From Methanobacteriota archaeon (GTDB lineage Archaea > JAADCQ01 > Methanopyri > Methanopyrales > Methanopyraceae), in contig JAMOPO010000015.1 of NCBI GenBank assembly GCA_027064425.1, positions 32,001-96,000 of the forward strand: 64,000 nucleotides of DNA. Direction: 5' to 3'. Position 1 is the stretch's first letter. The number at the start of each line of letters is the position of its first letter. A program made the translations under genes and the position numbers. This document shows positions 47,155 to 56,600 of the stretch, piece by piece. The notes below the pieces were generated by a model that was not told where the DNA came from, searched no databases, and saw nothing but the letters and a program-made list of their open reading frames with translations.

Positions 47155-48903
47155 ATGCCCTTGGCCAAAGAGCTCCTGATCAAGAACGCGTGCGTGTACG
47201 ACCCGCTCAACGGTATTGAGGGCGAGGTGATGGACCTGGGCGTGAAGGATGGCAAGATCGTGGACCCGTCCGAGGTGGACGAGTCGAAGGCGAAGGTCAT
47301 CGACGCGGAAGGACGCCTGACCATGGCCGGTGGGGTCGACATTCACGCGCACGTGGCCGGGCCCAAGGTGAACGTCGGCCGCATCTTCCGCCCGGAGGAC
47401 AGCCGCCGGCTGCAGGTGGCGCTCAAGAAGCTCGGTCCCCGGTCCGGCTCCGGCTTCTCCGTCCCGTCCACGACGCTGACGGGCTACATGTACGCGCAGA
47501 TGGGCTACACGACCGTGATGGAGGCCGCGACCCCGCCCCTAATGACGCGGCACACGCACGAGGAGATCCGGGACACGCCCATCCTGGACCAGAGCGCCTA
47601 CACTCTGATGGGTAACAACTGGATCCTGTACGAGTACATCCGGGAGGGAGAGCTGGAGAAGGCGGCCGCGTTCGCGGCCTGGCTGCTGCGGGCGACGAAG
47701 GGCTTCGTGATCAAGATGGTCAACCCCGGCGGCACGGAGGCGTGGGGCTGGGGTAAGAACGTCCACAGCCTGGACGACGAGGTCCCGTACTTCGGCCTGA
47801 CGCCGGCGGAGATCTACCAGAACTACGTCAAGATCAACGAGCTGCTGGGCCTACCGCACTCCATCCACATCCACCCGAACCTGCTGGGCGAGCCCGGCAA
47901 CTACGAGATCACCCTGGGCACGTGGGACGCGGTCCGTGACGCGGGCGTCGATCCCGACCCGCAGCTGGGCGAGCGGGAGCAGATCGTGCACAGCACTCAC
48001 GTGCAGTTCCACGCGTACGGTGGTGACTCCTGGGCGACCTTCGAGTCCCGGGCGGAGGACATCGCGAAGTACCTGAACAAGCACGAGGAGGTCACGATCG
48101 ACCTGGGCGCCGTGACCCTCGACGAGACCACGACCATGACCGCGGACGGCCCGCTGGAGTGGGAGCTGCACGAGCTGACCGGCTTCAAGTGGGCGAACTG
48201 CGACGTCGAGGTCGAGACCGGCTCCGGCGTCGTCCCGTTCATTTACAGCCCGAAGAACCCCGTGCACTCCGTCCAGTGGGCCATCGGCCTCGAGATCGCC
48301 CTGCTGACCGAGAACCCGTGGCAGGTGGTCATCTCGACGGACCACCCCAACGCCGGCCCGTTCCACCGGTACCCGCGGGTCATCGCCTGGCTGATGAGCG
48401 AGCCGTACCGGGAGGAGTGGCTGGAGAGAGTGCACGACTGGGTCGGCCAGCGCGCGGTTCTGGGCACCATCGACCGAGAGTACACCTGGACGGAGGTGGC
48501 CATCACCACCCGGGCCGCGCCCGCCAAGATGCTGGGACTGTCCGATCGGATCGGGCACCTGGGCGAGGGCGCCTACGCGCACATCGCGATCTACGACATC
48601 AAGCCGGACGAGGTGGACCCGTCCCGGGACTACGCTGAGGTCGAGCGAGCCCTGGAGCAGGCTTGGCTGGTCGTGAAGGACGGCGAGATCGTCGTGCAGG
48701 ACGGCGTGGTGGTCAACGAGGTTACCGGTCGGACCTACTGGGTGGACGTGAAGGTGCCCGAGGACATCCTGGAGGAGGTGAAGAAGGACCTGGAGACCAA
48801 GTTCCGGCGCTACTACTCCGTGAACCTGGGCAACTACCAGGTGCAGGACGTGTACCTCCCGCGAGAGGAGCGGATCGTGATCGACGCCCGAGACCGCTTC
48901 TAG
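47155..48903 (+). CDS. fwdA: Formylmethanofuran dehydrogenase subunit A
   Basis: GGVDIHAHVAG, GYTTVMEAA, KMVNPGG, TDHPNAGPF, TRAAPAK. Confidence 0.97.
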   Translation: MPLAKELLIKNACVYDPLNGIEGEVMDLGVKDGKIVDPSEVDESKAKVIDAEGRLTMAGGVDIHAHVAGPKVNVGRIFRPEDSRRLQVALKKLGPRSGSGFSVPSTTLTGYMYAQMGYTTVMEAATPPLMTRHTHEEIRDTPILDQSAYTLMGNNWILYEYIREGELEKAAAFAAWLLRATKGFVIKMVNPGGTEAWGWGKNVHSLDDEVPYFGLTPAEIYQNYVKINELLGLPHSIHIHPNLLGEPGNYEITLGTWDAVRDAGVDPDPQLGEREQIVHSTHVQFHAYGGDSWATFESRAEDIAKYLNKHEEVTIDLGAVTLDETTTMTADGPLEWELHELTGFKWANCDVEVETGSGVVPFIYSPKNPVHSVQWAIGLEIALLTENPWQVVISTDHPNAGPFHRYPRVIAWLMSEPYREEWLERVHDWVGQRAVLGTIDREYTWTEVAITTRAAPAKMLGLSDRIGHLGEGAYAHIAIYDIKPDEVDPSRDYAEVERALEQAWLVVKDGEIVVQDGVVVNEVTGRTYWVDVKVPEDILEEVKKDLETKFRRYYSVNLGNYQVQDVYLPREERIVIDARDRF

Positions 48904-48918
48904 CGGGGGAGCGACCCC

Positions 48919-49722
48919 GTGAGGGAGGTCATCCTGACGCCGAAGGAGCGGCCCGACGTACCGCTGGAGGCGGAGGTGATCACGCCGGACGAGTTCGCCG
49001 GCAGGGACCCCGAGGAGATCCTCGAACTCACCGTGTACGAGGGCAACCGAGAGCGCGAGCTGGGCGACTTCTTCGACCTAGAGGGCCGGCCCGGCGACTC
49101 GGCCGACGAGACCCGCATCGTCATCGACGGTGACGTCGACCACGTGAAGCTCATCGGCCACGAGATGAGCGGCGGAGAGATCATCGTCGAGGGCGACGTC
49201 GGCCGCCACGCCGGCGCCCAGATGGAGGGCGGCAGGCTCGTGGTCAAAGGTGACGCCGACGACTGGGTCGGGCGCGAGATGAAGGGCGGCGAGATCATCG
49301 TCAAGGGTGATGCGGGCAACTACGTCGGCGCGACCTACCGGGGCGAGTGGCGCGGTATGAGCGGTGGCCGGATCGTCGTCAAGGGCGACGCCGGCGACGA
49401 GATCGGCGAGTGGATGTCAGACGGCGAGATCGTCATCGAGGGCGACGCCGGCATCATGATCGGCATTCACATGCAGGGTGGTCAGATCATCGTCCGGGGC
49501 AGTTGCGGCGTCCGTCCGGGCGCGGAGATGGAGGCGGGTACTATCGTCGTGCAGGGTCGCGTCGAGGACATCCTCCCGACCTTCAAGTACCAGGGCACGG
49601 AGCGTGACCCGGTCGATGGAGTGTCCGGGGAGTTCCACCTGTTCAAGGGTGACTACTCCAACGGTCCCGACGTGAAGGGCAAGCTCTACGTGGACGCCGC
49701 GCTCAACGACGTCCCCGAGTAG
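48919..49722 (+). CDS. fwdC: Formylmethanofuran dehydrogenase subunit C
   Basis: Repeated GxxMxGGxIxVxG beta-helix; GATYRGEWRGMSGG. Confidence 0.97.
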   Translation: MREVILTPKERPDVPLEAEVITPDEFAGRDPEEILELTVYEGNRERELGDFFDLEGRPGDSADETRIVIDGDVDHVKLIGHEMSGGEIIVEGDVGRHAGAQMEGGRLVVKGDADDWVGREMKGGEIIVKGDAGNYVGATYRGEWRGMSGGRIVVKGDAGDEIGEWMSDGEIVIEGDAGIMIGIHMQGGQIIVRGSCGVRPGAEMEAGTIVVQGRVEDILPTFKYQGTERDPVDGVSGEFHLFKGDYSNGPDVKGKLYVDAALNDVPE

Positions 49723-49779
49723 GAACGCGGGTAGGGAACGCTTTTTCCTCCCCTCCAGGCGCTCCCCCCGGGGTCGCCC

Positions 49780-50079
49780 TTGAAGGAGCTCGAGATGTCC
49801 CCCGACGAGCTCTACCGCTACTTCCTCGAGCGCGTCGAGCAGGGCGACTACGTCGAGCTCAACTACGCCTTCGTGCACATTCCGGGCGAGGTCGTGCAGG
49901 TTACCGAGCGTCACCTGCACCTGTACGTCAAGTCCGACCTGGCCCCCGGCATCCGCCGGTACGACCTGCGCGAGATCTGCGAGATGATGCTGGAGATGGT
50001 TCACCGGCCCCGCGAGGGCCGACCGGTCAAGATCGTCGTGAAGGGTGGGTCCAAGTCCCCGCGCCTCGAGCTGCTCTAG
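49780..50079 (+). CDS. Conserved methanogen protein (DUF2097-like)
   Basis: V..GDY.EL.Y...HIPGEV pattern. Confidence 0.6.
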   Translation: MKELEMSPDELYRYFLERVEQGDYVELNYAFVHIPGEVVQVTERHLHLYVKSDLAPGIRRYDLREICEMMLEMVHRPREGRPVKIVVKGGSKSPRLELL

Positions 50080-50166
50080 TTCCGTTGAGGATAACTCAAC
50101 GCCGCCCGGCGACCCGCGGCCTATTTTTAGCGTGCTAAACTGGTTTTGTGGTGGGGTTAACCGGAG

Positions 50167-52059
50167 TTGAGCTGGTGGAGGGCGGCGGTACCCCTCCTCG
50201 CCGCGGTGCTGCTGTGCCTCGGGTCGGGCCAGGCGCTGCAGGTTCAGTGGCAGGTGACGCTGGACCAGGCCATGCAGTGGAACGAGCAGGAGAAGAAGTG
50301 GACCGACCAGTCCGTCGCCTCCCGCGACGGGTACTACTACCAGATCCGCGGCCCGGCCGTGGCCACGGACGGTGACGTGGTCCTCGTCGCCTGGGAGGAG
50401 TGGTCCGAGGGCGGAACCACGGTCGGCAGGATCGGGCTGAAGGCCGTGGATACCGGTGGTCAGGTGGTGGGGGAGGCCACCGTCAACCCCGATGAGAACT
50501 GCGTGATGTTCGGGCCGGCGCTGGCCAGCTACGGTCGGGGCGAGTTCCTGCTGGCGGTCGCCGAGGTGCCGTCGGACAAGCTTCAGACCCAGGATTACGG
50601 GACGCTGAAGGTGTACAAGGTGACCGTGGCGAACGGCCAGGTGACCTGCAACCCGGTGAACGTCACCGCGAGCAACGGCGCCTACCCGTACCTGGTCCAC
50701 CTGGGCCGGGACGCGTCCGGTAACGAGTACGTAGCGCTCCTGTACGAGTCCTGGTCGCCCGACTCCGGCGCGGGCGACGTCGTCCTGCAGGTGCTGAAGA
50801 TCGACACGTCGGGCAACGTGACCGCCCTGTGGTCGACCCCGCTGACGGTCGCTAAGGGCGTGTGCAAGGACTACGTGAAGGACAACGTCCACTACTTCGG
50901 TCACGCGCGGCCGGTGGCCTCGGTGTACCGCGACGGCGGTAGCGAGTACCTGATCGTGGCGCTGACCGACTACTCGAGCGCGACGCCGAACATCTCGAGC
51001 TGGGGCTTCTTCGGCGAGTGGCGGGGCTGCAAGGTCCGCGCGTTCGTGATCCAGCTGCCAGGTGACCTGTCCGAGCTGGAGCGGAGTCAGCCGAGCGTGA
51101 TCGAGGTCCAGGGCAGCCTCACGCTGATCAACGACACGAACGAGCTGCCGTGGGTCGCGGACAACGTGATCGTGTACCGGGCCGGCCCGCTCTGGGGCAG
51201 CATGAGCGCCTCGGACACGACGCCGGACATCTACGCGGCCGTCATCGAGAATGAGGGCGGTCAGTGGGTCTTCAAGTGCGACCGGCCCGTGTACCGGCGG
51301 ATCTACACGCAGACGGCCCCGTGCGTGGTCCATGTGTACAATGACACCAGCGGCGGTCGCTATTACCTGGTGGTGTTCTCGGACAACAGCGGCGGGTTCG
51401 GTAAGGAGCGAATCGCCGGGGTCCTGCTGAGGTACAAGAGCGGCCGGCTGCAGGTGCTGGCCCAGTACGACCTGACGGGGTACGGGAACGGCGTGTACTT
51501 CTACTGCCCGACGGCGGCCGCGGTGGCGACGGAGTACGGTAACGCCGAGGTGGCGGTGACGTTCTACAAGGGCGACTCAGGGTACGGTGGGCACAAGATC
51601 GGCGACGTGGTCGTCGACCTGGCGGTGATCGGCGAGCCGGTCGAGGAGATGGCTTCCTGGGTGGAGCAGCTCGTCTCGGAGCTGGAGCGGACGCGCGTGG
51701 ACCTGCAGCAGGGTCTGAAGAACGTGCAGCGCGACCTGAAGAGCACCAAGAAGGAGCTGGACAGCGTCAAGCAGGACGTCGACAAGGTGAAGCAGGATCT
51801 CCAGGGTGTGCGGAGCAAGGTGAGCGATCTCGAGAAGAAGGTGAAGGACGTCGAGAGCCGGATCAGCGGCGTGGAAAGTGAGATCCAGGGCGTCAAGAGC
51901 GAGGTGAAGAGCGTGAAGGAGGAGGTGAGCGGCGTGAAGGGCAAGGTGGAGAGACTGGAGGGGCGAGTGAGCAAGCTGGAGCGGCGCAAGATTCCGGTGG
52001 CCGGTGCGGTGGCGCTGCTGTCACTGATCGCCGCGCTGGCGGCGCGCCGGCGGCACTAG
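50167..52059 (+). CDS. Secreted surface protein: beta-rich domain, coiled-coil stalk and C-terminal sorting signal
   Basis: Signal peptide; heptad repeats about 51650-51985; KIPVAGAVALLSLIAALAARRRH tail. Confidence 0.85.
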   Translation: MSWWRAAVPLLAAVLLCLGSGQALQVQWQVTLDQAMQWNEQEKKWTDQSVASRDGYYYQIRGPAVATDGDVVLVAWEEWSEGGTTVGRIGLKAVDTGGQVVGEATVNPDENCVMFGPALASYGRGEFLLAVAEVPSDKLQTQDYGTLKVYKVTVANGQVTCNPVNVTASNGAYPYLVHLGRDASGNEYVALLYESWSPDSGAGDVVLQVLKIDTSGNVTALWSTPLTVAKGVCKDYVKDNVHYFGHARPVASVYRDGGSEYLIVALTDYSSATPNISSWGFFGEWRGCKVRAFVIQLPGDLSELERSQPSVIEVQGSLTLINDTNELPWVADNVIVYRAGPLWGSMSASDTTPDIYAAVIENEGGQWVFKCDRPVYRRIYTQTAPCVVHVYNDTSGGRYYLVVFSDNSGGFGKERIAGVLLRYKSGRLQVLAQYDLTGYGNGVYFYCPTAAAVATEYGNAEVAVTFYKGDSGYGGHKIGDVVVDLAVIGEPVEEMASWVEQLVSELERTRVDLQQGLKNVQRDLKSTKKELDSVKQDVDKVKQDLQGVRSKVSDLEKKVKDVESRISGVESEIQGVKSEVKSVKEEVSGVKGKVERLEGRVSKLERRKIPVAGAVALLSLIAALAARRRH

Positions 52060-53616
52060 CGGTGCGACGGGGATCACCTTGGGCTTCCGCGGTTTCTTCT
52101 CCCCTCCCGCCGGTGCCGTCCTCTTCTTGTGGCTCACCTCGGTCCTCTGGGCCGTCTTGCTAACCTTCCCGCTCACCTTCTTCTCGGACCCGGACTCCAC
52201 GGCCTCAGCTCCCTCGGCGGCTCCGGTTTCTACGCGGCTCGGCTGATTAGTGCCGTAGTACAGGTCCGGTCGCAGGTACGCCTCGAGCGCCCTCATGGCG
52301 TACGATGTCGCCCAGATCGAGGCGGGCTCGTAGGAGGCCCCCTCGGCGGTGCTCGTGACGTTCCTCGCCGGCCAGGGCCACCCGCCGTACCACTCCGGGT
52401 GTCCCAGCCTCAGGGCGTCCTCGCGCCACTGCTGGGAGACTAGCCACGCGATCGTGGCGTGCACGTTGTACTCCGGGTCCGTGATCAGGTCCGCCAGCCT
52501 GCGCTCGCCTCCGGGGGTCTTGACCGGCACGTCCGCGCCCACGTTGAACCAGATCGCCTTGAGGACGGCCAACCGGAGCACGTTGGCCGTGACGGTGGTC
52601 TCCGGTGATCCCTGGGCCTCGAGGTAGGCCGCTGAGTACGCCCAGGCCGGGCCCCTGCCGAGCTCCGTCTGGACCCACGTGACGCCCGCCTTGTCCGAGT
52701 TGAACAGCCACTGCAGGCCCAGCTTGATGGCCTTCAGTATCCGATCCTCGCTCACGTTCAGGCCGAGCCGATCGGCCAGCCGGTAGACGTCGATCAGCGT
52801 TGAGAGCACGTAGGCCTGGGTGTCGGCCGAGTACTCCTGGCACATCAGGCCGGAGTACCAGGAACCGTCCTCGTTCTGGTTCCTCAGCAGCCACTCGACG
52901 CCGCGCTCGACGGCCCTCTTGACGCGCTCGACGAGGTCCGAGGGAAGTCCCAGCTCGCTCCGGCGCTGCAGGACCTCGAGCAGGGCGGAGACGGCCGCCG
53001 CCGTGTGCCACGCGGAGCCCTCCTTGGACTCCTCCTTCTTCCTGCTCCATCCGCCGTCCTCCAGCTGCTCGTCCAGGAGCCAAACCACCGCCCGCTTGAC
53101 CGCGTTGAGGACCTCGGGAGAGTCACCACCGATCCTGAGGAGCAGCCGGATCCCGGCGGCGGTGTCGGACGTTTGGCTGCCGGAGTGCACGATCCCGCGG
53201 TAGGCCCAGCCGACCCCCCAACCGCCGTCCTCGTTCTGGTTCTCAACCGCCCACCTGACGGCCGCCCGCAGGGCCTCCCGCCACTCCCGCTGGGGCGGCT
53301 CGGCCGGGACTCCGTCCGGCGCGCGGTCCGGTAGCAGGCCCATTTCATCCGCCAGGTGCAGCGCCGGGCACGCCAGGCAGATGGACTTCAGCTCGTAGTT
53401 GAACGTCGGCTTCCACAGGTGCTCACTGGGCAGGTACCAGCCGCCCTTGTCCGCCGGCACGAACCACCAGACGGCTCCCGCCTCGATGGCCCCCCTGCAG
53501 GACCCGGACAGCCGCTGGTAGGCGCCGGTTTTCGTCCAGTCCAGAGCCAGGCCGGGGGTAAGCTGGGCGAGCAGGGCCGCGAGCAGGATCGCGACGGGGC
53601 GGCTCAGCGCGGTCAC
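52021..53616 (-). CDS. Secreted prenyltransferase/squalene-cyclase-repeat (alpha/alpha toroid) protein
   Basis: Signal peptide; repeated W(L/A)xxxQxxDGxW motifs; Lys/Pro-rich tail ending IPVAPLVPPARR. Confidence 0.85.
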   Translation of the reverse strand: MTALSRPVAILLAALLAQLTPGLALDWTKTGAYQRLSGSCRGAIEAGAVWWFVPADKGGWYLPSEHLWKPTFNYELKSICLACPALHLADEMGLLPDRAPDGVPAEPPQREWREALRAAVRWAVENQNEDGGWGVGWAYRGIVHSGSQTSDTAAGIRLLLRIGGDSPEVLNAVKRAVVWLLDEQLEDGGWSRKKEESKEGSAWHTAAAVSALLEVLQRRSELGLPSDLVERVKRAVERGVEWLLRNQNEDGSWYSGLMCQEYSADTQAYVLSTLIDVYRLADRLGLNVSEDRILKAIKLGLQWLFNSDKAGVTWVQTELGRGPAWAYSAAYLEAQGSPETTVTANVLRLAVLKAIWFNVGADVPVKTPGGERRLADLITDPEYNVHATIAWLVSQQWREDALRLGHPEWYGGWPWPARNVTSTAEGASYEPASIWATSYAMRALEAYLRPDLYYGTNQPSRVETGAAEGAEAVESGSEKKVSGKVSKTAQRTEVSHKKRTAPAGGEKKPRKPKVIPVAPLVPPARRQRGDQ

Positions 53617-53669
53617 CCCCGAAACCTTAATTTCAGCGGCGTTTCCGGCCGGTCACCCGGGGTTAAGTT

Positions 53670-56600
53670 GTGATACAAGTAGTTTCAGCTTTGCTTTTGG
53701 CGCTTTTAGTGGTCCAGTCCCCCGTTTCCGCCGCTCCCGTCGGACCCGTGGAAATCACGATCTTCGGGAACGCGGCTAAGGGGTCGCCCGAGGAGGTCAA
53801 GCTGGTGGAGGAGACCGTCTACTCCGACCTCGGGATTCGGGTCAAACTGCACGTTCACAACGTGCTGGTGAGCTGGGGCGACCAGAGCGCGCCGGTGGAC
53901 TTCGACGCGCTGGCACGGGACATCGAACGGTCGCAGATCGTCGTGCTCGACAACATGGGCCCGCTACCGGGACCGTTCGTGGAGGAGCTCTCCTCTCGGG
54001 TGCTCGGCCACCCGGTGACCGACGTCTCGAGCTTCTTCCGCGAGCTGGCGCGGCGGAAGCGGCTCGTCGCCTGCGTGACGGGTGACCAGCACGACTTCAT
54101 CCTCCTCGGCCCCGGGTGCCGCAGAATCTGCGACAACACGGCCGCGGTCGCCAACTTGGGCTTCCTGTTCCGGTTCTCGGACTCGCTGGTGCCGGTGGTG
54201 GAGTACCTGCTGTGGCTCGCGTACCCGGACGTGCCCGCGGAGCGGCTTCGCCTCTCCTCCATCCGCGTCTCCTTCGTGGCCGCCTATGTGCCCGGTCGGG
54301 GATGGGTGTTCCCGGAGGTTTCCGGCGCCGAGCTGGAGCGGGCGTACCACGAGTGGCTCCGCAGGCTGGAGTCGGGCCGCGGTGGGGGGCTGTGGTTCGA
54401 GGTTAGGATGGCGATCCTGCCGTCCTGGGTCAGGGGGTTGCGCGAGCGCTGCCTGGGCTTCCTCAAGGGATTGAATCTGCCGACACGCCGGCTGGTGGTC
54501 GTGCTGGACTACGTCGACGCGCTGTACAAGGGTGAAGCGGACCTGGTGGTCCGGATCGTGGAGGCCGTTCGGAGCGAGCTGGAGCGGGCCGGCCTGAAGG
54601 ACGTGGGCGTCATCGCCCTGCTCTGCGACGGGAACGTGGTCTCCCCGGTGGACTACCAGGGGACCGGGCTCCTGCAGGAGCTCAGGCGCCTGGGCTACGA
54701 GGTGGCCGCGGTGGTCTCCCTGTGGGCGTTCACGATGAACTACCCGGACTCGGCCGCGTGGGCGCTCATGGAGCTCGACGCGCCCGTGATCAAGGTCGTG
54801 TATCCGTTCTGGGCCGACTGGCTCTGCGAGCCGTGGCGCTACCTGAACATGGAGCGGGGCTCGCCCGACACTGGGCTCACCGGGGCCGTGTTCGAGTGGA
54901 GCTACCAGGTGGTCGGCGGGCCCGAGCTGGAGGGCGCGTTCTGGTTCAAGCTGTGCGCGCTGAAGCGGACCGGGGAGATGCGGCTCCTGCCACTGCGGGA
55001 CGTGATCGAGGATCTCGCTCGGTTAGTCACCGGGTTCGTGCGGCTCCGTTACCTGCCGGAGTCGAGGAAGCGGGTCGCGTTCATCCTCTACTGCTACCCG
55101 CCGGGCCGGGACGCGATCGGCGCCTCGTACCTGGACGTTTTCCGGTCGCTGATCAACGTCCTAACGGCCATGGTCGAGCGGGGGTACGACCTGGGTCCGG
55201 CGACCCCGTTGTTCCGCACGTTGGCGGAGCTGCGGCGCCGGGATCCCGGGGCGGCTGAGGAGTTCGAGGAGCGGCTGGCTCACGCCCTGATGGAGGCCGC
55301 GGACCTGGTGCTCAAGAACGTGGGGCCGTGGGCGAAGGGTGAGCTCGCGGAGATGGTCCGGCTGTACCGGGGTGGGCGCGCCGAGCGCGTGATCCGCTGG
55401 AGGTCGGGCGAGATGAGGGTCACCGTAGAGGGCGGGCGAGTGGTCTGGGTGGACGTGGACGGGCGCTCCTACGTGCTCGGCACGGTCGGGCCGGACCAGC
55501 TGGTGCCCGTGGAGGAGCTCGAGCGGTGGTATCGGGAGGACGTCCTCCCCCGGTTCCGGTACTACCTGTCCCTGCTGCAGGGTGACGATGAGCGGGTGCG
55601 GCGGGCGCGGGAGTCGCTTGAGCGGTGGATGAGGGCGGTGGAGCGCTGCTTCGGGCCGCCGACGGACAACAGGGGGATCATGCGGTGGGGCCGGCACTAC
55701 GTCATCCCGGCGCTCAGGCTGGGCAACGTGGTGATCATGCTGCAGCCCGTCAGGGGGTGGTCGGGCTCCCCGGAGCTCGTGTACCACTCGCCGGACCTGC
55801 CGCCGCAGTGGCAGTACATCGCCGCGTACGAGTGGCTGCGCCGCGTGTTCCGGGCGGACGCGGTGGTGCACGTGGGCACGCACGGGACGCTGGAGTGGTT
55901 GCCGGGACACCAGGTGGGGCTGCTGGGCGTGGACTGGTCGCACCTGCTCCTACCCGACGTCCCGCACTTCTACATTTACATCGTCAGTAACCCGGGCGAG
56001 GCCATGGTCGCCAAGTACCGATCCGGCCCCGTCCTCCTCACGCACCTCCCACCAGCCTGGAGCTACTTCCGCGACTTCAAGAGGTACGGCAGGCTGTGGC
56101 GCGAGATCACGCACTACCTGCAGCTGCGGATGATCGGTGGAGACCCGAGGGTGATGGGGGAGATCCGCAGGCGGATCGTGGAGGAGGCGGAGCGCCTGGG
56201 ACTGCTGCGGACCGTGGTCGACGCGATCCTGTCGGAGCAGGGTGGTGGTACGGCTCAGGACCCGAGGCGGTGGGCGCTTGAGCACTTCGACGAGTTCGTG
56301 GACAAGCTGCACGACTTCCTGCTGGAGCTGGCGCTGAGCAACGTGGCGTACGGGCTCCACGTGTACGGTCGGGATCCGGACCCGGAGGTCGCGCTGGAGG
56401 AGGCGAGCGCGCTAGCCTCCTCGATGATCAAGGTCAACGCCGTCTTCGCTTACTACGCGGGGCTGATCGGGTACCCGGACCCGGGCGAGCTGGAGCGGTT
56501 CCGGGCGGAGCGTCCCGACGAGTTCGTGACGTTCAAGACTCGACTCCGGGAGTGCCTCCGGCGGATCCTTTCCGAGGTCATCCGAGACCCCGTCCTAGTC

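Noticed and set aside
48919-49722. Tandem DNA repeats in fwdC
   Set aside because: They reflect the normal GxxMxxG beta-helix repeats of FwdC.
51650-51985. 21-bp periodicity as a DNA repeat element
   Set aside because: Explained by coiled-coil heptads in the encoded protein.
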